DNA of 64,000 nt, from the NCBI GenBank assembly GCA_036732685.1, contig DAINBY010000014.1, positions 2,704 to 66,703 on the forward strand, written 5' to 3'. The translations under genes were made by a program, and so were the position numbers. The notes under the pieces are model-generated. The model saw only the letters and a list, made by a program, of their open reading frames with translations. It made no database searches and was not told the DNA's origin. The DNA is from Candidatus Cybelea sp. (GTDB lineage Bacteria; Vulcanimicrobiota; Vulcanimicrobiia; Vulcanimicrobiales; Vulcanimicrobiaceae). The first letter of the stretch is position 1, and every line of letters starts with the position of its first letter. Positions 54,713-63,200 of the stretch are shown piece after piece.

Positions 54713-56048
54713 AGCATTCGCTCCGTTTGCGAGCCGGCTCACCCGCGGCTACGTGTTACTTGCGGTCGCGTTGATCGCGCTCGTCGTGCTCACGACCACC
54801 GTCCTGGCCTTTCTGCTCTACGTCGGCACGCTGAACGACACGATCGCCAGCGACGCGCGCCGCGTCACGGAACGGGCGCTCGGATACCAACGCCTGCACG
54901 AGCCGCTCAACGCGTACGCTCCCGCGCTCGCTGCGCAGTCCGGCGGCGCGCGCGTCGGCGTGCGCATTTACGACGGCGAGCACCGGCTGCTCGCGCAGAG
55001 CGGCCCCGAGAGTGGGACCGGGCGCTTGGCACGCGGGACGGCCGCCCTCTTCGGACTTCATCCGGCGATCGTACGCGTCACCGGCGGAGCGATCGTCATC
55101 GCGCCGGATCTCGCGGGTTTTTCGAGGCTTCTCGAACGCTATCTCACGTTCGTCACGCCGATCGGCGTGCTGGCAGTCGTCGCCGCGTGGCTCGCCGGAC
55201 GCGCCGTGACGCGCCGCGCCATCGCCCCGCTACGAGAGGTCACGTCGGCGTTGCGCGGGATCGCCGCCGGAGATTTTGCACCGCAGCCGTTGCCGCCCGG
55301 CGAGGCCAGCTTACGCGAGCTCACCACGGCCTATAACGAGGTCGCTCGGCGACTGACTGCAGTGACGCTCGAGCGGGACCGCAACGAATTGCAGATGCGG
55401 CAATTCATCGCCGACGCGGGGCACGAGCTGCGCACGCCGCTAACGATCGTCATGGGGTATCTCGAGATTCTGCAGCGTGGCGTCGTCGACGACGCGGCCG
55501 GCGTCGGACACGTTTATGAAACGATGCTGGCGGAGAGCCGGCGGATGCGCGCCGCGATCGAGAAGCTCATCTTGCTGGCGCGCCTCGAGCGCCCGGCGCC
55601 CTCGCGCAGAGAGCGCTTTGACGCCACGGCGCTCGTAACGCGCGCCGTCGATGCGTTGCAGCCGCTCGCGGGGCCCGGGCGGATCGCGGTGACGACCCGC
55701 ACGGGACCCTGCAGTATCGAAGCCGACGAAGCCGAGCTCTACGAAGCGATCAAGAACGTCGTCGAAAACGCGGTGCGCTACGCACCCGGCTCGCCCATCT
55801 CCGTCGACGTCTCGTGCGACGCGCAATGGACGACGATCGCGGTGAGCGATCGGGGGCCGGGAATGGAGGCGCAAGACGCCGAGCACGCGTTCGATCGCTT
55901 CTATCGCGGCGGAGATCGCCTCGGCGACGGCTCGGGGCTAGGCCTGGCGATCGCGAAGCGCGCCGTCGAGCGAGCTGGAGGCGCGACTGCGCTCGAAAGC
56001 CGCCCCGGAGCCGGGACGCGGGTAACGATTTCGCTTCCGCGCGTGTAG
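54705..56048 (+). CDS. Sensor histidine kinase (TM-sensor-TM, HAMP, HisKA, HATPase_c)
   Basis: 447 aa. H-box FIADAGHELRTPLT, N-box NVVENAVRYA, G-boxes DRGPGM and GLGLAI. Confidence 0.9.
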   Translation: MSEAFAPFASRLTRGYVLLAVALIALVVLTTTVLAFLLYVGTLNDTIASDARRVTERALGYQRLHEPLNAYAPALAAQSGGARVGVRIYDGEHRLLAQSGPESGTGRLARGTAALFGLHPAIVRVTGGAIVIAPDLAGFSRLLERYLTFVTPIGVLAVVAAWLAGRAVTRRAIAPLREVTSALRGIAAGDFAPQPLPPGEASLRELTTAYNEVARRLTAVTLERDRNELQMRQFIADAGHELRTPLTIVMGYLEILQRGVVDDAAGVGHVYETMLAESRRMRAAIEKLILLARLERPAPSRRERFDATALVTRAVDALQPLAGPGRIAVTTRTGPCSIEADEAELYEAIKNVVENAVRYAPGSPISVDVSCDAQWTTIAVSDRGPGMEAQDAEHAFDRFYRGGDRLGDGSGLGLAIAKRAVERAGGATALESRPGAGTRVTISLPRV

Positions 56049-56056
56049 AAGCGTGT

Positions 56057-56512
56057 ATGAGCGTCCACGTATACGGAATCAATCACATCGCCATCGAGGT
56101 CGACGACGTCGCGAAGGCCGTCGCGTTCTACCAAGACGTGTTCGACCTCGAGAAACTCGACGAGGGTGAGGGCGACGCATTCTTCAAGATCGGCGAGCAT
56201 CAGTTTCTGGCGATGTTCCAAGCGCGTCGAGGAGAGGCCAATCGCACGCGCCACTTCGGGTTGATCGTGCGCGACGAAGCGCAACTCGCCGAAATCCGCC
56301 AGAAACTGACTCAGACGTACGGCATAAAACTCATACCGCCGTTTCGCTGTGACTTCATCGATCCGTTCGGGAATCGAATCCAGGTCGTCGATTTGCACGA
56401 CGAGTCGCTGGTTTGGCTACTCCCGTACCGGGAGGTTCAAGACGTGTTCGGGCCGGAAGCCAAGGCCGACCAACCGTCCGGGAATGCGCGGCAGGAACGG
56501 CAGCCAGCGTAA
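56057..56512 (+). CDS. VOC (glyoxalase/bleomycin-resistance/dioxygenase) family protein
   Basis: ATG at 56057: INHIAIEVDDVAKAVAFYQDVF.......HFGL.V.......DPFGNRIQVVD. The roughly 30-aa C-terminal tail overlaps the convergent monooxygenase gene. Confidence 0.72.
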   Translation: MSVHVYGINHIAIEVDDVAKAVAFYQDVFDLEKLDEGEGDAFFKIGEHQFLAMFQARRGEANRTRHFGLIVRDEAQLAEIRQKLTQTYGIKLIPPFRCDFIDPFGNRIQVVDLHDESLVWLLPYREVQDVFGPEAKADQPSGNARQERQPA

Positions 56513-57637
56513 TAGCGCCGGCAACCGGTGCAGAAAAGGCGCGCGCCCGTTCGTCAGCACGCGACCGATGATTCGGCGCTGAATGAAGAGCTGAATCGCC
56601 TGCGTGAGTCGCGCGGCCGATTCGCGCCGGCGTTGGACGGCGGCGAGATCTTGCTCGTCGACGCCACCGCGCAGGAGCTTGCACGCGAGCATGTTCGCGC
56701 TCGCGACCGCATCTTGAATCGCAAGGTTGATCCCGACGCCGCCGATCGGCGACATCGCGTGCGCCGCGTCGCCGATGCAGAGAAATCCCGGACGATACCA
56801 CCGGCGAAGCCGATTCACGCGAACCGTCAGCAGTTTGACGTCATCCCAGCCCTTTAGCTCGTCGACGCGATCGGCCAGGAAGGGTACGATCGCCGCGATC
56901 TGCGCGTGAAACTCGTCCAATCCGCGCTCGTGCAGCTCGGCGAGCGTCCCCTTTGGAATAACGTACGCGCACTGCCAGTAGACTCCGCGGTCGATAAGCG
57001 CCATGATGCGGCCGTCTCGAATGTATCCGAACGTTTCGTGCGGGTCCTCGGGGCGCTTACTCAGACGCAGCCAGAGAACGTCCATCGGTGCGCCGAGCTC
57101 GACGACGTCGAGACCGGCTCGCCCGCGAAGCAGCGACTCGCGTCCGTCGGCGGCGATCGTGAGATCGGCCCGAACGTCGAGCGCGCCCTCGGGAGTCTGC
57201 GCGCGGACGCCGGCAACTCGTCCGTCCTCCCAAATCAGCTCCTCCGCGCGCGCCTGCATCCGCAAGTCGAAGGCCGGATAGCGCTTTGCCTCTTCGGCCA
57301 GGAAATTGAGAAAATCCCATTGCGGCATGAACGCGACGAACTTGCACCGCGTGGGCAGATGCGTGAAGTCGGCGACGGTCACCAGCGTGTCGCCCAGGTT
57401 GCCGGCTAGCGTCGTTACCTCTTGGTGCGGACGCTTCAGAAAAGAGTCGAGCACGCCGAGCTCGTCCATTACGTCGAGCGTCGACGGATGGATCGTATCC
57501 CCGCGAAAGTCCCGCAAGAAATCGCCGTGCTTCTCGAGCAGCACGGTAGACACGCCTGCGCGCGCAAAGAGCAGCGCCGCCATCATTCCCGCCGGTCCGC
57601 CGCCGACGATGCAGCAGCCGGCGCGCACCTCGCTCAC
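56417..57637 (-). CDS. FAD-dependent monooxygenase (UbiH/aromatic-ring hydroxylase-like)
   Basis: GTG at 57637 (GTGA overlap with the upstream gene's stop): CCIVGGGPAGMMAALLFARAGVSTVLLEK (GxGxxG), RGDTIHPSTL, and LCIGDAAHAMSPIGGVGINLAIQDA (FAD ribityl-binding motif). Confidence 0.8.
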   Translation of the reverse strand: MSEVRAGCCIVGGGPAGMMAALLFARAGVSTVLLEKHGDFLRDFRGDTIHPSTLDVMDELGVLDSFLKRPHQEVTTLAGNLGDTLVTVADFTHLPTRCKFVAFMPQWDFLNFLAEEAKRYPAFDLRMQARAEELIWEDGRVAGVRAQTPEGALDVRADLTIAADGRESLLRGRAGLDVVELGAPMDVLWLRLSKRPEDPHETFGYIRDGRIMALIDRGVYWQCAYVIPKGTLAELHERGLDEFHAQIAAIVPFLADRVDELKGWDDVKLLTVRVNRLRRWYRPGFLCIGDAAHAMSPIGGVGINLAIQDAVASANMLACKLLRGGVDEQDLAAVQRRRESAARLTQAIQLFIQRRIIGRVLTNGRAPFLHRLPALLRWLPFLPRIPGRLVGLGFRPEHVLNLPVRE

Positions 57638-58143
57638 CGAAGCGTTTGCGTGTAGAAGTGGTAGCGGGCGAACTCGGCTTCGCGCTGGTTGACGCGGGCC
57701 TCGCACGCCGCACCGATCTCGTCGACGAAATTTTCGAGCGAACGCTCCGCGATACCGGGCGTGAACGCCGCACCCACGAGCTTGCCGAAAAGCTGCATCG
57801 GCAGCTCGTAGGTTCCTTCCAAGTGGAGCGTCGATTCGCCGAGTGCCTCCAGCGGTTCGACGCCGATTCGCCCTTTGAACCCGGGAAAAGCCGCCGGCAG
57901 ATTCGCCGACGTAAATGCGATCTCGAAGGCGCGCGCTTCGTTAGGGACTCGTTCGACCGCAAGACTAATCGGAACCGCAACGTATCCGACGTCGGGAAGG
58001 TGCAGATCGCCGAAACTCACGTGCAATGCAAACCCACGCCACGGCCCGTCCTGATCGGCGATCGCCTTCAAGAGCTCGGCGAGCGCCTGGGATGCGGAAT
58101 CCGCGGGAACCCCTAACTTTCGTTCGAGCCGTATCTCCGGCAC
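57634..58143 (-). CDS. Hypothetical protein (169 aa), translationally coupled to the FAD monooxygenase
   Basis: MPEIRLERKLGVPADSASQALAELL.... No signal peptide and no recognised motif. The coding call rests on GC3 bias and the 4-nt coupling. Confidence 0.5.
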   Translation of the reverse strand: MPEIRLERKLGVPADSASQALAELLKAIADQDGPWRGFALHVSFGDLHLPDVGYVAVPISLAVERVPNEARAFEIAFTSANLPAAFPGFKGRIGVEPLEALGESTLHLEGTYELPMQLFGKLVGAAFTPGIAERSLENFVDEIGAACEARVNQREAEFARYHFYTQTLR

Positions 58144-58212
58144 GTCAACCTCCTTGCACGCTTCATTCGGGGCCGGGAAGCCGCGGGTCCTCGATTGGGT
58201 AAGACGGAGAGC

Positions 58213-58569
58213 ATGGCTCAGCTTATTGCTCGCTTCCCGGTCGCGGCTACGGTGCTGTTATTGGCCTTCTCAAACCTCTTCATGACCATCGCCTGGTATG
58301 GCCATCTGAAGAACACCAAGAGCCCGCTGGTTCTGGCCATCCTTGCTAGTTGGGCGATCGCGCTGCTCGAGTATTGCTTTCAGGTTCCCGCTAACCGAAT
58401 CGGATACGGCGCGCTGACGCTGACCCAGCTCAAGATCGTGCAGGAGGTCGTAACGCTCGTCGTATTTACCGCGTTCGCATTTCTCGTCTTCGGCCAAACG
58501 CCAAAGTGGAACTACGGCGTGAGCTATCTCTTTATCGTGGGCGCCGTATATTTTGCATTTAAAGGCTAA
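58213..58569 (+). CDS. Small DMT-superfamily membrane protein (DUF486-like)
   Basis: ATG at 58213 preceded by GGAGAG. FSNLFMTIAWYGHLK, LLEYCFQVPANRIGY, LTQLKIVQEVVTLVVF and four TM helices match my recollection of the DUF486 family. Confidence 0.62.
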   Translation: MAQLIARFPVAATVLLLAFSNLFMTIAWYGHLKNTKSPLVLAILASWAIALLEYCFQVPANRIGYGALTLTQLKIVQEVVTLVVFTAFAFLVFGQTPKWNYGVSYLFIVGAVYFAFKG

Positions 58570-58584
58570 AAGAGCGAGCCGCCA

Positions 58585-59127
58585 TCACCGACTTTGCGGC
58601 GCGGCGGCTTGCACGCACGGACCACGCTCTTGCAGATTCCCAAGCGGAACCACGTGAAATGCGTATCCTGGTCCGACCGTGATGTTGGTCCCGTTGATCG
58701 CTTCGTTGGCCGCGATCGCACCGCCAAATGGGAGCACGCGCGCTCCTAGGGCGAGCGCCGACGGATCGTGCGTCAGGATCGAAGCATCGATTGGAGCGCC
58801 GGCAACCTGGACCTCCTGCCCGTTGAGCAGCAGAAAGCGCGGTTCCAAAACGATGATACCGTTGCGCGCTCGATTGCTCGCTGGAATTGCGTTCAGCACT
58901 GCGCCGTAGCCAACCGTGCCGGCCGGGTAGGTGGTGCCGTTGCTCGAGACTCTGGCCGTCGTCTCGAACCGAAAGACTTGGCCGGAAAAGCCCGCGGCGG
59001 AGCTGATCGTCGACAGCATCCGCACGGGGATCAGCGCATAGCATGAAAGTGCCGCATCGCTCGGAGGCGGCCCCACCGCTATACCGAGCGCAAGGAAAAA
59101 CGCAAGAATCGAATACCGTATGGTCAT
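58585..59127 (-). CDS. Secreted hypothetical protein
   Basis: ATG at 59127. Signal peptide MTIRYSILAFFLALGIAVGPPPSDA. No family recognised. Confidence 0.5.
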   Translation of the reverse strand: MTIRYSILAFFLALGIAVGPPPSDAALSCYALIPVRMLSTISSAAGFSGQVFRFETTARVSSNGTTYPAGTVGYGAVLNAIPASNRARNGIIVLEPRFLLLNGQEVQVAGAPIDASILTHDPSALALGARVLPFGGAIAANEAINGTNITVGPGYAFHVVPLGNLQERGPCVQAAAPQSR

Positions 59128-59252
59128 TGGCGCCTCCAGTTGATCGCTTGCAACCAAGCGCTTATTGCCTCCAGGCTTTTTATCGCCTTCAAATCGTCCG
59201 GATAGGTCCGGCGGGAATTGGCACGCCTAGCTGAAATCTTAGGCGTACCTAA

Positions 59253-61127
59253 ATGAGCATCTTTCTTCGGCCGGCATGTGCGGCGATCATCGGCGCGCTT
59301 GCCCTCCTCGTTCTGCTGCCGGCGTCGGCCCTTGCCGACGGCGACGATCAAGCAGCGTCGGCCAGCACGGCGACGCTCGGTCTTCAGCCGATCCGTGGAG
59401 CGATACCCCGAGCAACGGCGGCGGCGGGTGAGTCACGCGTCTTCCAACGTCCGGACGGCGCGTATCAAGCGATTCCGAGCGTTTCGGGCCGGACGAAGAC
59501 GTTCCACATCGCCGAGCGCGTCGCACCCTGGACGCTCGCGCCGGGTCTGACCGTCATGGCAAACACCTATAACGGCGTCGTGCCGGGGCCGGCGCTCGTC
59601 GTGCGCCAAGGCGATTCGGTGGCGATCGACTACGAAAACGACGGCACGACGCCCGACTCGGTTCATATGCACGGCGTGCACGACATTCCGGTAACGATGG
59701 ACGGCGTCGCCGGTATCTCGCAGAAACTCGTGCCGCCCGGCGGTCACTTCATCTATCATTTCGTTGCAAATCAGCCCGGCACGTTCATCTATCACACCCA
59801 CGACGACGAAGCGATGCTCGACTCCGGACTCTACGGCGCGATCATCGTCGAACCGTCGAATCCGCGTCCGGTCGAGCGCGGTCTGGCGCACGACTTTCTC
59901 GAGGTGATCTCGTCCTGGCAGATTCAGAGTGCGGCCGAGAACCATTTCACCTTCAACGGCAAGGAGTATCCGTCGACACGCGCGCTCGACGTTCGCCGCG
60001 GCGAGCACTTTCGCATTCGCTGGATCAATATCTCGGGCGAAGAGTTTCACACGATGCACACGCACGGACACTATCAACAGATCGTCGCGCGTGACGCCGC
60101 GCCCGTCGACTATACCGACGTTGAGGATACCGTGCTGGTCGCGCCGGGACAACGCGTCGACGTCGTGGTCGACGCGAACGCGCAGCCCGGCACTTGGCTG
60201 ATCCATTGCCACGTGCTCGACCATATCGAGGACGCCAACGGCATGCCGAGCGGCCTCATCACCGCCATCCACTATATCGGAACGCCGAACACGCTGCCCG
60301 CGATGTATCGCGCGATGATGCCCGCCGCGCGCCCGCCCGCGCGCGCTTTGAGTTTTTGGACGACGGTGCTGCTGGGAGCCGTGGCCGGCTTTACGATCTT
60401 CCTCGGCCTGCCGATCGCGCGAGCGCGCCGGCTCTCACCGCAGACGGTCGCCCTGCTCAATGCGCTTGCGATCGGCATTCTGCTCTACCTCGTCGTGGAG
60501 ATCGCGCAGAACGCGATCCTTCCGATATCGCGAGGAATGAACGCGTGGCACGTCGGCGCGGGGGCGTTTCCCATCGCCGCAATCGTGGTTTTCATCGCGG
60601 GCTTGCTGATTGGTTTGGTCGGGCTCGGAAGCGCGGCGACGCATTTTGCGCGTCAGGCCGCGTCGCATGCTGAAAACCCGGTCGTTCTCGCCGCCATAAT
60701 CGCGATCGGGATCGGCGCACACAACTTCGGCGAAGGCTTGGCGATCGGTGCATCGGCGGCATCGGGTGCGACCGCGATCGCGGTCGCACTCATCGTCGGC
60801 TTTGGCCTTCACAATGCCACCGAAGGCTTCGGCGTAGCGGCACCGATGGTAGGGAAGGTCGTACCGAGCTGGGCGCAGATCGGCCTTGCCGGGCTCATCG
60901 CCGGCGGCCCGACCTTCATCGGGACGATTCTCGGCTACAGCTTCTACTCGCCAACGCTCTCGGTCTTCTTCCTCGCGATTGCAGTTGGCGCGCTGATCTT
61001 TGTGATCGGAGAGTTATGGAGCGTGCTGCGTCGTACCGGGCTCACGGGTTTCGTGACCGCAACGATGTGCCTTGGCTTCCTCATCGCGCTCGCGACGGAG
61101 CTGTTTCTCGACATCAACGGGGGTTAG
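59253..61127 (+). CDS. Fusion protein: secreted two-domain multicopper oxidase + ZIP (ZupT/GufA-like) metal permease
   Basis: 624 aa. Signal peptide, then the four MCO copper motifs HMHG, YHTH, HTMHTHGH and HCHVLDHIEDANGM within about 340 aa. About 8 TM helices follow with GAHNFGEGLAIG and GLHNATEGFG (ZIP TM4/TM5 signatures). There is no stop between the two parts. Confidence 0.85.
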   Translation: MSIFLRPACAAIIGALALLVLLPASALADGDDQAASASTATLGLQPIRGAIPRATAAAGESRVFQRPDGAYQAIPSVSGRTKTFHIAERVAPWTLAPGLTVMANTYNGVVPGPALVVRQGDSVAIDYENDGTTPDSVHMHGVHDIPVTMDGVAGISQKLVPPGGHFIYHFVANQPGTFIYHTHDDEAMLDSGLYGAIIVEPSNPRPVERGLAHDFLEVISSWQIQSAAENHFTFNGKEYPSTRALDVRRGEHFRIRWINISGEEFHTMHTHGHYQQIVARDAAPVDYTDVEDTVLVAPGQRVDVVVDANAQPGTWLIHCHVLDHIEDANGMPSGLITAIHYIGTPNTLPAMYRAMMPAARPPARALSFWTTVLLGAVAGFTIFLGLPIARARRLSPQTVALLNALAIGILLYLVVEIAQNAILPISRGMNAWHVGAGAFPIAAIVVFIAGLLIGLVGLGSAATHFARQAASHAENPVVLAAIIAIGIGAHNFGEGLAIGASAASGATAIAVALIVGFGLHNATEGFGVAAPMVGKVVPSWAQIGLAGLIAGGPTFIGTILGYSFYSPTLSVFFLAIAVGALIFVIGELWSVLRRTGLTGFVTATMCLGFLIALATELFLDINGG

Positions 61128-61130
61128 AGT

Positions 61131-61874
61131 ATGTACGTACTCGTCGCCCAAGCTGCCGCGACATCACCGGCACCACAAGCAACGTGGAACTCAATAACGC
61201 TAGGTGCGCCGGCATCAACCCTGCGCCCAGTCCTCGGCGATCCGCTACGCATCTTGCTCTTCAAAGACGGGACACGCCGCGTGGCGCGCTATTGGATCCC
61301 CGGTGCGAACTCGACGTACGCGATCGTGATCGAGGAGCGAGGATACGTTACAGGGTTCGATATCTTCGCCGACACGGCACCGACTAGCATTCTTGAGAAC
61401 GTGCCGCCCGATCCGCTGGGCATTCGCTTAGGCGATGCGTTCGAGAACGTGAAGGCTCCGGACATTCCGCTTCGGCGAGGCGTCGACGAAAACGGCGCAC
61501 CGATTCTCACCGGTCGGTTCTCCCCGGCGGTTGGGATGGTGTATTCGTTTCAGGATAACCGCGTGGGCAGCATAGAGTGGGCGACGGCACTTCCGGCCGG
61601 GAAGCCGGAGCTTTCACCGCTAACAGACCCGGGCGGCGAAGCCACGTCGTCGGCGATCCTCGACATGCAAAAGAACGAGATCGACGGTGTCGACTGGGAG
61701 TACCGTTATATCTCCTTCCATCCGTGCACGGATACCGTGCGCTGGAAGCTTCAATCGCAGTCGCTACTCAGTCAGAACGGCCGCGCGTTTGACAAGCTTC
61801 ACGCCGTCTGTCCGCCGACGAAAGCCGAGCGCGACTTCTACTTCGACATCACCAACTATTTCGGCAAACTCTAG
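61131..61874 (+). CDS. Hypothetical protein (247 aa) immediately downstream of the MCO-ZIP gene
   Basis: The ATG lies 3 nt after the preceding stop. MYVLVAQAAATSPAPQATW.... No recognised domain. GC3-rich. Confidence 0.55.
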   Translation: MYVLVAQAAATSPAPQATWNSITLGAPASTLRPVLGDPLRILLFKDGTRRVARYWIPGANSTYAIVIEERGYVTGFDIFADTAPTSILENVPPDPLGIRLGDAFENVKAPDIPLRRGVDENGAPILTGRFSPAVGMVYSFQDNRVGSIEWATALPAGKPELSPLTDPGGEATSSAILDMQKNEIDGVDWEYRYISFHPCTDTVRWKLQSQSLLSQNGRAFDKLHAVCPPTKAERDFYFDITNYFGKL

Positions 61875-61877
61875 TCG

Positions 61878-63146
61878 CTACGGAGTTACGCTAAACACGG
61901 TTCCCCAGCCGGTCTTCACTCCACCGCCTTGCGTAGTACCGAAGAGCTTGCCGTGGAACTCGGTCACGCGAGCAAACGGGTTCGCGCCGTCGCTGCCGCC
62001 GTGGTTTTGCGCTTGAAATGCGTGAAGGACGCTTTCGCTGCCCGACGTGCCGACCTTGAAGACCGTGCCCCAGTTAGGTTGCCCGCCTTGATAGGTGGTT
62101 CCGTAGAGTGTGCCCTTCATGGCGAGAAGACCGGCGTACGGATACGCTCCATCGCCCCCGCCTTTAAACGAATAAAGCACGCGTTCTTGACCCGAGAGCG
62201 TCGAATCGAAGACCGTTCCGTATCCGGCCGCGCCGCCGTATTTGGTCGTCCCGTAGAGTTTGCCGCTCACGTTCGTCAGGCCGCCGAAGGGATATCCGCC
62301 GTCCTTTCCGGCCTTGAAACTATAGAGCACGCGTTCGGCGCCGGAGGTGGTGATATCGAAGATCGTGCCCCACCCGGCCGCGCCGCCCTGCTCCGTCGTT
62401 CCGTAGAGCTTGCCGTTGACGGCGAGCAGCTTGCCGTACGGATAGCCGCCGTCTTTTCCGGCCTTAAAGCTGTAGAGAACGCGCGCCGCTCCCGAGGTCG
62501 TCGTTACGAACGCCGTTCCCCAACCCGGTGTGCCGCCTTCGACCGTCGTGCCGTACAGCTTCCCTTTGAAGGACAGGAGGCTGGCATATGGCGCTGCGCC
62601 GTCCTTCCCGGCCTTGAAACGGTAAATCACGCGTTCCTTACCCCCGGTGCTCGTGCCGAAGATCGTACCCCAACCGCTGGGAGTTCCGCCCGACGACGTC
62701 GTGCCGTAGAGCGTCCCGTTGACGTCGACCAAGCCGGCACACGGATACGCGCCGTCACTGCCCGACTTGAAGCTATAGATCACGTGCTCCTGACCCGAGG
62801 CATCGAGCTCGAAAACGGTGCCGTAACCGAGCGTTCCACCCTGCTCGGTCGTACCGTAGAGCTTACCGTTTACGGCAATGAGTCCGTCGTATGGCAACGC
62901 GCCGTCGGGCTGCGCCTTGAACTTGTAGAGCGACTCGTATCCGGGACCCGCTTCCTCCCCACGCGCATTGGCCCGCGTGCGCAGCGATGGCGGCTGCGTG
63001 CACGTCCATGCCGCGGCCGGACGTATGACCGACGCACCGTCACTCGATGGCGCAATCGGAATCGGCGACTGCGCGAAATGCGCGCAGCTCGTGAGCAAGA
63101 GAGCGGATGCAAGGACCGCTGTAGTACGCATCATGTTGCGATGCAT
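61878..63146 (-). CDS. Secreted/lipoprotein tandem-repeat protein of the GloVer (choice-of-anchor) repeat type, probable beta-propeller
   Basis: 422 aa. N-terminal AVLASALLLTSC (lipobox-like). Seven repeats of about 42-44 aa, such as GGT.GWGT(V/I)F......G.ERVLYSFK.G.DG..P...L....GKLYGTT. Confidence 0.72.
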   Translation of the reverse strand: MHRNMMRTTAVLASALLLTSCAHFAQSPIPIAPSSDGASVIRPAAAWTCTQPPSLRTRANARGEEAGPGYESLYKFKAQPDGALPYDGLIAVNGKLYGTTEQGGTLGYGTVFELDASGQEHVIYSFKSGSDGAYPCAGLVDVNGTLYGTTSSGGTPSGWGTIFGTSTGGKERVIYRFKAGKDGAAPYASLLSFKGKLYGTTVEGGTPGWGTAFVTTTSGAARVLYSFKAGKDGGYPYGKLLAVNGKLYGTTEQGGAAGWGTIFDITTSGAERVLYSFKAGKDGGYPFGGLTNVSGKLYGTTKYGGAAGYGTVFDSTLSGQERVLYSFKGGGDGAYPYAGLLAMKGTLYGTTYQGGQPNWGTVFKVGTSGSESVLHAFQAQNHGGSDGANPFARVTEFHGKLFGTTQGGGVKTGWGTVFSVTP

Positions 63147-63200
63147 ACCATAGCCGCATCGCCGAGTCCCGTTCCGGCGGCCGCGGCCCTTGCTACGCCG

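Noticed and set aside
62000-62900. A periodic ~130-nt DNA repeat that could be mistaken for a CRISPR-like or satellite array.
   Set aside because: The periodicity is the coding repeat of the GloVer-type protein. It is in one continuous ORF, the repeats are diverged, and there are no unique spacers.
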